DNA from: Halodesulfurarchaeum sp.
GTDB taxonomy: Archaea; Halobacteriota; Halobacteria; Halobacteriales; Halobacteriaceae
DNA: 64,000 nucleotides
Reading direction: 5' to 3'
Assembly (NCBI GenBank): GCA_042216015.1
Contig: JBDGUI010000007.1
Location: 1,652-65,651, forward strand
Each line of letters starts with the position of its first letter. Positions within the stretch are counted from its first letter, which is position 1. Under the pieces are notes generated by a model that was not told the origin of the DNA, searched no databases, and worked only from the letters and a program-made list of their open reading frames with translations. Both the position numbers and the translations under genes were made by a program. Positions 57,145 to 64,000 of this stretch are shown here, in pieces.

Positions 57145-58635
57145 ATGTCATCGGTCTCCTCGCGGACGAACCTCGCTCCCGTCATCGGCCTCGAGGTCCA
57201 CGTCCAACTCGAGACGGACACGAAGATCTTCTGTGGGTGCTCGACCGACGTCGAAGACGCCGAGCCGAATACCAACACCTGTCCTGTCTGTCTCGGGCTA
57301 CCCGGCTCCCTGCCCGTGCTCAACGAGGTGGCTGTCGAGTCCGCAGTGAAACTTGGCAAGGCAATCGAGGCCGAGATCCCGGAACGCACCCGCTTTCACC
57401 GGAAGAATTACTTCTATCCGGACCTCCCGAAGGGCTTTCAGATCACCCAGTACGACGCCCCAATCTGTGCCGAGGGCCACCTGGAGATTTCCCACGAGGG
57501 CGAGCGTCGCGACATCGGCATCGAGCGGGCCCACCTCGAGGAAGACCCGGGAAGCCTCCAGCACGAGGGGGGCCACATCGACACCGCGGAGTACACCCTC
57601 GTCGACTACAACCGCGCCGGCGTGCCGCTGATGGAGATCGTCACGAGACCGGACTTCCGCGGTCCCGGCGAGGTCAGGGCCTTCCTCTCCAAACTGGAGG
57701 AGGTCCTCGAGTATCTGGGCATCTACGACAGCCAGCGGGACGGCAGCCTCCGCATCGACGCGAACATCTCCCTCGTCGACGAGTCGGAGATCGCGGTCGA
57801 CGGCTCGATCTCCGGAGCGGTCCTCGCCGACGCCAATCGGACGGAAGTCAAGAACATCTCCAGCCACAGGGGGGCCGAAACCGCCCTCGCCTACGAGATC
57901 ACCCGCCAGCGCAACGCGATCGAGCGCGGCCGCGAGGTCACCCAGGAGACCCGTCACTGGGACGAATCCCGCGGCATCACGGTCTCGATGCGGGAGAAGG
58001 AGGCGGAAAAGGAGTACCGCTACTTCCGCGAGGCCGATATCCCGCCCCTCGAGGTCGCTCACTGGAAGGAGGAGATCCCGATCCCGGAACTGCCGGACGC
58101 CAGACGCGAACGGTTCCAGGACGAGTACGGACTCGGCGGGGAGGCCGCCTCGAAGCTCACCTCCACGAAGCAGATCGCGGACTTCTTCGAGGCTGTCGCC
58201 GACCGCTTCGACGCGGACCTCGCGGCGACCTGGGTCTCGGACACCCTCCTCGGCGAACTCAACTACCGCGACATGGCGATCACCGACGTGGAGGACCGCT
58301 TCGACGAGATCACCCGGTTGATCGAACTCGTCGCGAGCGAGGAGATCACCGAGCGCAACGCGAGGGAGGTCGTCCTCCGATCGATGCTCGACGACGGCGA
58401 CGCCCCGGACGAGATCGTCGAAAGCGAGGGGCTCGGCAAGACGGAGGCGGACGAGGTGGTCGCTGCGGTCCAGGCGGCAATCGAGGCGAACCCCGAGGCC
58501 GTCGAGGACGTCAAAGCCGGTGAGGACGGGGCGATCAACTTCCTCGTGGGACAGGTCATGCAGGAGACGGGCGGTCGGGCCGATCCAGGCGACGTGAACC
58601 AGCTGTTGCGTGAGCGATTGCCCGAAGCGGAGTGA
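57145..58635 (+). CDS. gatB: Asp/Glu-tRNA amidotransferase subunit B
   Basis: IGLEVHVQL, RKNYFYPDLPKG, HLEED, EYRYF, FLVGQVM. Confidence 0.97.
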   Translation: MSSVSSRTNLAPVIGLEVHVQLETDTKIFCGCSTDVEDAEPNTNTCPVCLGLPGSLPVLNEVAVESAVKLGKAIEAEIPERTRFHRKNYFYPDLPKGFQITQYDAPICAEGHLEISHEGERRDIGIERAHLEEDPGSLQHEGGHIDTAEYTLVDYNRAGVPLMEIVTRPDFRGPGEVRAFLSKLEEVLEYLGIYDSQRDGSLRIDANISLVDESEIAVDGSISGAVLADANRTEVKNISSHRGAETALAYEITRQRNAIERGREVTQETRHWDESRGITVSMREKEAEKEYRYFREADIPPLEVAHWKEEIPIPELPDARRERFQDEYGLGGEAASKLTSTKQIADFFEAVADRFDADLAATWVSDTLLGELNYRDMAITDVEDRFDEITRLIELVASEEITERNAREVVLRSMLDDGDAPDEIVESEGLGKTEADEVVAAVQAAIEANPEAVEDVKAGEDGAINFLVGQVMQETGGRADPGDVNQLLRERLPEAE

Positions 58636-59003
58636 GTTTCGGTTCGGTATCGTCGACAGCGCCAGTCGGCGTTTTCGGGGAGCGTGGGTGGGTCGAAATA
58701 TGGTGGTAGATCGTATCAGTCAGAGTTGTTGACTCTGTTTGAATTTGGCAAGGTAATTGATATTGAATTAACTTCAGTGCTGACTATAGAGCATGTATTC
58801 AGCAAGCGCCCCACGTTCGTTTCAGCTTAAATGAAAGCGCTGTCAGGTAGATGTACGTCTATTGCCAGGAACGCTGTCAGAAGCGTGCTGTATACAGCGC
58901 GTATTCAACACGATAGTCTCATATCGGACGGCTGCCGGCGCCAATCGAATGCGTAGCGGATTTTCGAGAACGAATCGTCTCGAATATAAGCGCCCCTGGT
59001 TGT

Positions 59004-59780
59004 TTATTTTCGGCGACGACGGATGACTAGGAGCGTGGTGGCTGTAAGCACTGCGACGACAGCAACACCGATACCGAATCCTGGCGCGCCGGCGCCGCTC
59101 GTCTCATTACCCGCGTCAGTCACGGTTTCGCCCGCTGCGGGTGCAAACACCGTCTCGAACCCCTCGAACTGCGTCGTCGCACTCCACGTCGCGCTGTTCT
59201 GCTGCTGGCTGGTCGGCGTCGGGGTGGCCGTGTCCAGCGCGTAGCCGTCGGGGCCGACGACCCTGAACGGCCGATCAATGTCGAAGCCGCTGGCGAAGGG
59301 CTCCCGGAGCACGAGTCGGTTGCCCTTCTGGGCGGCGAGCCCGTCCCACGTCACCGACAGGCCGACGATGCCGGTGCCATTCTCGGTCGTAAATGTCATG
59401 GCGGGGTTTCGAATCGCCATATCGCGACCGGTGTCGTTTTCGGCCTGGGCTGCGATGGCCCGCATCCGTGTAGCGAACCGGTCCGTTCGCTGTTCTCGGG
59501 CGGTCTCGTTCGCGCGGAGCGCCTCGAACGCGATGCGTTCGCTTTCGGTGGTCAGATCGAAGGTCGTGACCAGCGTCACGCGAGCCGAGCCATCAGCGTC
59601 GAGTGCGACGACGAACGCTGGCTCCGCGGACAGCGACGGTGTCGAATTGGTGGATTGTGCTGTCGTTGCCGTTGCAGCCACAGGCACCATTACGAGCAGG
59701 ACGAGGGCAACGAGTACGCAGCCGAGACGGACGCCCTCCACATCCGCAAGCCGTGTGGTCGAGTCAGTACGGTCAGTCAT
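59004..59780 (-). CDS. PGF-CTERM (archaeosortase-anchored) surface protein
   Basis: Signal peptide; C-terminal APGFG, TM helix and RRRRK. Confidence 0.9.
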   Translation of the reverse strand: MTDRTDSTTRLADVEGVRLGCVLVALVLLVMVPVAATATTAQSTNSTPSLSAEPAFVVALDADGSARVTLVTTFDLTTESERIAFEALRANETAREQRTDRFATRMRAIAAQAENDTGRDMAIRNPAMTFTTENGTGIVGLSVTWDGLAAQKGNRLVLREPFASGFDIDRPFRVVGPDGYALDTATPTPTSQQQNSATWSATTQFEGFETVFAPAAGETVTDAGNETSGAGAPGFGIGVAVVAVLTATTLLVIRRRRK

Positions 59781-59876
59781 GGATGAGTATCATAAGTGAA
59801 TGGGAAACGGTCATCGTTGAGTAAACTGGATGCCTGTGCAGTTGATAACCTGAAATCGCGCGAGCCAGGAGGTTAC

Positions 59877-61667
59877 CTAGCTTTCGTCGTCCTTATCAGT
59901 GTCTTCTTCGGGAGTCTCAGTTTCTTCCTCCTCGTCCTCGGCCTTGTCACCGTCGCCTTCATGCGCTTCCTCGGTCTTATCAGTGTCTTCTTCGGGAGTC
60001 TCAGTTTCTTCCTCCTCGTCCTCGGCCTTGTCACCGTCGCCTTCATGCGCTTCCTCGGTCTTATCAGTGTCTTCTTCGGGAGTCTCAGTTTCTTTCTCCT
60101 CGTCCTCGGCCTTGTCACCGTCGCCTTCATGCGCTTCCTCGGTCAAAGTGAGCGAGCCGTTCTGCACGGTGAATTCGAGCTCGGCCTCGAACGCGCCTTT
60201 GACGACCTCGAGATCGAGTTCCTCCGTCGTGTTCGTGTCGATCGTGAACGTGACCGTCCCGTCGAAGCCGGTGGTCCCGACCGCCTGCCCGTTCGCGTAG
60301 ACCGTCGCGTTCGCGACGCTCGAGCCATTATACGAGACGGCCACTGAGACGGTGTCGTCAGCCAACGAGGCATCCACGTTCAGCTGGCGGAAGACCTCGC
60401 TCTCCTCGTCTTCCTCCTCGAATTCAAATTCGAGCTCACCCTCGGCCTCACCCTTCTGGGCCGTAAGTTCCGCCTTGCCGCTCTCGGGGAGCGTCATCGT
60501 CACCGTTCCGTTAGCGTCGGTCGTCCCGACGGCCTGCTCGTTCAGGAAGACGGTGACGTTCTCGGCGGGTGCCCCGTTCGAGAGGACCTTCACCGTCACG
60601 GTCGCGTTCGGACCGGGCGTCCCCTCGGAGACGATGACCGCGAGTTCGCCCTCTTCCGCATCTTCGGCATCTTCTCCTTCTTCGCCCTCGTCCTCACGTT
60701 CCTCTTCGTCCTCCTCGTCCTCGGCGTCGCGGCGTTCGATCTCCTCTTCGAGCGAGAAGACCTCGCCCGAGGACCCGTCGACGCTGACCTCAGCCTCGCC
60801 GGTCTGGTTGTCCGCACCCCGGAGCACGAACGCGAACTCGTAGGCCCCCCCGTCCTGTTTGATTTTTGCCTCCGTGAGTGTCCAGGTGCCGTTCTCCGGT
60901 GTCGAGAGCGCTGCCCGCGCCGTGTCGAGGGCCACAGACTGGTTCACCGTGATATTTCGATTGTCGTCCCGCGGACGCTCGATCTCGCGGGACTGTTCAC
61001 CGTCTTCACTCTCGATTTCGATCGAGAGGCCCTCGGCGGTCTCGAGTTCTATCTCGTCCTCTGACTGGCCAGTGACCTGTTTGAGTAGAGCCGCAGGCCC
61101 AGCGCCGATGACGCTACTCAGGTTTTCGACGGACGCACGCAGCTCCGACTGGTTCACGCCGGCCGCCTGGAGTTCGAGTGCGGAGACGTTCTGGGCGCGC
61201 TTCTGGAGCTGTTCGTAGCTGTTTAGGAGGTTCGTCGCCCGCGCGTTTAGCGTGGCGAGTCGCTGGGCGTACTCGGACTTGCTGATCTCACCTTCTTCGT
61301 ACGCCTCGGTGGCCTCCTCGTAGTCCTCGCGGATGGCCTCAGCGCGGTCACGCAGCTCTTCCGCGCGGTCGGCGATGGCCTCGGCCTGTGCTTCCTCGCT
61401 CGCGCCCTCGACAGACACTTCGAAGGCCGTGTTCTCGAAGTCGGTCTGGACCTCGTCGCTTGAGACGCTGATGACCGTCGAGAGTTGCTGTCCGACGGTG
61501 ACGTTCACGCTCGAGTTATTCGTATTCTCCTGGGCGGTGGCGGCCACCGCCGCGCTCCCATCGGTGGCTGACACGCCATCGGTTGTCGACACTGCCGCTG
61601 CCGGGACAGTCACCCCCACGACGACCACTAGCGTGAGCAGTAGGTATCCGAGTGACTTTGCGTTCAT
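59877..61667 (-). CDS. Secreted acidic surface protein: helical domain, PepSY-like domain, two Ig-like repeats, acidic tandem tail
   Basis: Signal peptide; many NxS/T sequons; two V..NG..V.NATV..N...VGTT..NGTVT repeats; start moved to ATG 61667. Confidence 0.82.
   Translation of the reverse strand: MNAKSLGYLLLTLVVVVGVTVPAAAVSTTDGVSATDGSAAVAATAQENTNNSSVNVTVGQQLSTVISVSSDEVQTDFENTAFEVSVEGASEEAQAEAIADRAEELRDRAEAIREDYEEATEAYEEGEISKSEYAQRLATLNARATNLLNSYEQLQKRAQNVSALELQAAGVNQSELRASVENLSSVIGAGPAALLKQVTGQSEDEIELETAEGLSIEIESEDGEQSREIERPRDDNRNITVNQSVALDTARAALSTPENGTWTLTEAKIKQDGGAYEFAFVLRGADNQTGEAEVSVDGSSGEVFSLEEEIERRDAEDEEDEEEREDEGEEGEDAEDAEEGELAVIVSEGTPGPNATVTVKVLSNGAPAENVTVFLNEQAVGTTDANGTVTMTLPESGKAELTAQKGEAEGELEFEFEEEDEESEVFRQLNVDASLADDTVSVAVSYNGSSVANATVYANGQAVGTTGFDGTVTFTIDTNTTEELDLEVVKGAFEAELEFTVQNGSLTLTEEAHEGDGDKAEDEEKETETPEEDTDKTEEAHEGDGDKAEDEEEETETPEEDTDKTEEAHEGDGDKAEDEEEETETPEEDTDKDDES
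59892..60143. repeat. 3 x 84-bp intragenic tandem repeat (28 aa TEEAHEGDGDKAEDEE(E/K)ETETPEEDTDK)
   Basis: cttatcagtgtcttc recurs at 59892, 59976 and 60060; units nearly identical. Confidence 0.95.
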
Positions 61668-61889
61668 CGTGAGATATCCGTATGCGGGATATGTTGATAA
61701 ACCGGCGTGATGTTTGGAGTGATTCGCGGACGTTTGCACTCATTTGCACCCGACGTGTCCGTTCAAACCGCCTTACTGCGAGGTGACATAGGCCCATCCG
61801 CAATCAAGTACACCACGGGTGGGTTGGCCCGCAACCCTTCCGATGAACAAACCTTTATACGTATTTCGTCGGAATCTGGAGCCAACTGA

Positions 61890-63005
61890 ATGACTGAGTC
61901 ACTGCGGAAGCGTTCGATGACTGTCGTTTCGATGTGTGTCATCGGGCTCTTGCTCACAGCGACCTTTCTGCCGATGGCGGCTGTGAACGTTGCAGGACAG
62001 ACGGCACAGCCAGAGGCGGACAACACAGTCACTCGGATTAATGTCTATCCGAATGGGTCGGCGCAGTGGACGATCCAGATTCGAACCCGACTGGACACCG
62101 ACGACCGCGTCGCCGAGTACGAAGCGTTCCAGAAGCGATTCAGAGAGAACACCTCGCGGTATCTCGACCCGTTTCGCCAGCGGATGCAGGGCGTCGTCGC
62201 CAACGCGGCGAACGCAACCGGACGCGAGATGCGTGCCGTGAACTTCACCGCCTCGACGAGCATCCAGGAGGTCCCTCGCCGCTGGGGGCTCGTCACCTAT
62301 CAGTTCATGTGGACGAACTTCGCCGCTCAGCAGAACGAGACGCTCGCCGTTGGCGATGTTTTCCAGGGCGGCTTCTTCCTGGCAGCGAATGATTCGCTCG
62401 AGATCGAGGCTCCGACTGAGTACGAAATCAGTCGTGTGGAACCGACGCCCGACAGCCGGGACGATGGGGTCGTGACGTGGGTCGGTCGCGAGGACTTCGC
62501 CAACCGCCACCCTCGCGTGGTATTCAACCCCACTACAGAGTCGCAGCAGCCCGGTGAGCAGTCACCAACACCCGACGGAGCGACATCGTCGCCATTCGGC
62601 CGTATCGGGCTGGGAGCTGTCTTGGGGGGAGTACTCCTGTTGACCCTCGTCGGCATCGGTGCGTACATCGGCTGGCGCCGACGCACCGATTCTGGCGGCA
62701 CGGAACACCCTGCGTCAACAAGCGCGAACGTAAATCAGGATAGTCCGGCGCAGGCACCGACAGGCGAGGATGCGCCGGGGGATGACACGTCGGCAGGCGG
62801 GGCGGTCATGACCGATCCCGAGCGCGTCCAGGCACTGCTCGAAGCGAACGGTGGGCGCATGCGACAGGCCTCCATCGCCGACGAATTTGACTGGTCGGCC
62901 TCGAAAACGTCACGCGTCATCGGGAACATGGTCGACGAGGGAACGATCGAGAAACTCCAGCTGGGCCGCGAGAACCTGATCGAGATCGCCGACGCTGATG
63001 AGTGA
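61890..63005 (+). CDS. Membrane-spanning protein: ectodomain, TM and cytoplasmic winged HTH
   Basis: Signal peptide; TM GLGAVLGGVLLLTLVGIGAYIGW followed by RRR; C-terminal ERVQALLEANGGRMRQASIADEFDWSASKTSRVIGNMVDEG. Confidence 0.87.
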   Translation: MTESLRKRSMTVVSMCVIGLLLTATFLPMAAVNVAGQTAQPEADNTVTRINVYPNGSAQWTIQIRTRLDTDDRVAEYEAFQKRFRENTSRYLDPFRQRMQGVVANAANATGREMRAVNFTASTSIQEVPRRWGLVTYQFMWTNFAAQQNETLAVGDVFQGGFFLAANDSLEIEAPTEYEISRVEPTPDSRDDGVVTWVGREDFANRHPRVVFNPTTESQQPGEQSPTPDGATSSPFGRIGLGAVLGGVLLLTLVGIGAYIGWRRRTDSGGTEHPASTSANVNQDSPAQAPTGEDAPGDDTSAGGAVMTDPERVQALLEANGGRMRQASIADEFDWSASKTSRVIGNMVDEGTIEKLQLGRENLIEIADADE

Positions 63006-63188
63006 CTATATGGGGATCCAACCACATCAACCGGGCCGAGTGGGATCGGAATAAAACGATACTGCTGTGCTGCACTCAGACCGTGAATGCAGCACATACA
63101 ACCGCAGACCTAATTGATTCCTCGTCTCGACACGTGATAGTGTTAGTCCCGAAATGCTATTACCTGTTCTACGATTTGATTCAGGTAC

Positions 63189-63244
63189 TGGGCAATGGAG
63201 TCTGCCTGATCCAACCGCCGAGACCGTCGGCTGATGACTCCTCT
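63189..63244 (+). ncRNA. Fluoride riboswitch (crcB motif)
   Basis: GGCAATGGAGTCTGCC...AACCGCCGAGACCGTCGGCTGATGACTCCT: P1 GGGCA/TGCCT, P2 GCCGA/TCGGC, pseudoknot GGAGTC/GACTCC; immediately 5' of crcB. Confidence 0.93.
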
Positions 63245-63259
63245 TCGAGTGATTCAATC

Positions 63260-63652
63260 ATGTCAGACGGAGTTTCGCACCCAATCGCCCGAGTGGAGTC
63301 GGTAGCGCTGATCGCAATCGGTGGCTTTGCCGGATCGAATTTTCGGTATCTCGTTGGCTTCATTCTTCCAGGCATGCCTGGAACTCTCCTGGCGAATGCC
63401 ATCGGGAGCTTTGCGCTCGGGTTCATCCTCTATGAACGAATCTACACAGGCATCATGGCATCCCAGACCCGGATCGCGGTCGCCACGGGCTTCCTCTCGT
63501 CCCTTACTACGTATTCCACCTTCGCGGTCGAATCCGGGCTTGCCGATCCAACGTGGATGGTGACAAACATCGTGGCGAACTACTCGCTCGGGTTCCTCAG
63601 CATCGTGGCCGGTCGTGAACTGGTGCGACATACCCAACGGCGGTGGTCGTGA
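63260..63652 (+). CDS. crcB: Fluoride efflux channel CrcB/Fluc (1)
   Basis: IGGFAGSNFRY, GTLLANAIGSFALG, GFLSSLTTYSTF; start ATG 63260. Confidence 0.92.
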   Translation: MSDGVSHPIARVESVALIAIGGFAGSNFRYLVGFILPGMPGTLLANAIGSFALGFILYERIYTGIMASQTRIAVATGFLSSLTTYSTFAVESGLADPTWMVTNIVANYSLGFLSIVAGRELVRHTQRRWS

Positions 63653-64000
63653 TGGTGGCACTGGATCCAGCCCATATCGTCGGTCTCGGTGGGGCCGTGG
63701 GTGCGATTCTTCGTCAGTGGGTCAGTCAGCGGGTGGACATCGAAGGCTATCCGACGGGCACATTCACCGTGAACGTTATCGGGACGTTCCTGTTGGGGAC
63801 TATCACGTTCCTCGGCGTCGATTCGACGGTTTCGTGGTTCTTCGGCGTCGGTCTTTGTGGGTCCTTTACCACGTTCTCGTCATTCTCCTTCGAGACGGTC
63901 AGGCTCTGGGAGACCGAGGAACGATGGCGGGCTGTGATGAACTCGTTCGGGAATCTCCTTGGGGCGGGCCTTGCAATAGGATTGTCCTGGTTACTCGTTC
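63652..64000 (+). CDS. crcB: Fluoride efflux channel CrcB/Fluc (2), runs off the window end
   Basis: MVALDPAHIVGLGGAVGAILR...PTGTFTVNVIGTFLLG...GLCGSFTTFSSF. Confidence 0.92.
   Translation, partial: MVALDPAHIVGLGGAVGAILRQWVSQRVDIEGYPTGTFTVNVIGTFLLGTITFLGVDSTVSWFFGVGLCGSFTTFSSFSFETVRLWETEERWRAVMNSFGNLLGAGLAIGLSWLLV

Noticed and set aside
59796..60347. Hydrophobic repeat membrane protein on the + strand
   Set aside because: Antisense shadow of the acidic 84-bp repeats of the minus-strand gene
63002..63259. N-terminal extension of CrcB
   Set aside because: The region holds the promoter and fluoride riboswitch; Fluc similarity starts after ATG 63260

Overview
High-GC haloarchaeal (Halobacteria) chromosomal segment. 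The assignment rests on acidic proteins, TFB, LonB, the archaeal aroA'/aroB' shikimate entry, a PGF-CTERM protein and TATA-box-like leaderless starts. In order, it contains: a 33-bp VNTR; an alkaline-phosphatase-superfamily gene; an 8-gene uncharacterised type IV pilus/Tad-like locus (ATPase, TadC-like platform, several prepilin-like proteins, a 957-aa Arg-rich protein) whose three apparent promoters share a motif; and a core region (MFS, Nudix, radical SAM, NMNAT, lonB, trpCBA, aroA'/B'/D, tfb, aglD, SPFH/NfeD, pyk, metG, mfnA, ppsA, mtnP, smc-scpA, gatB). At 19.4-21.4 kb is a recombination scar: a duplicated 3' end of the DUF62 gene fused to a thermosome 3' fragment, flanking an apparently imported APC transporter. 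After gatB is an accessory block with a candidate transmembrane one-component signalling module (two paralogous ectodomain proteins plus a secreted repeat protein), then a fluoride riboswitch upstream of two crcB/fluc genes. No rRNA, tRNA, CRISPR array or transposase was recognised. Several starts were adjusted from the ORF track by eye. Family assignments come from motif recognition only; no database search was run.
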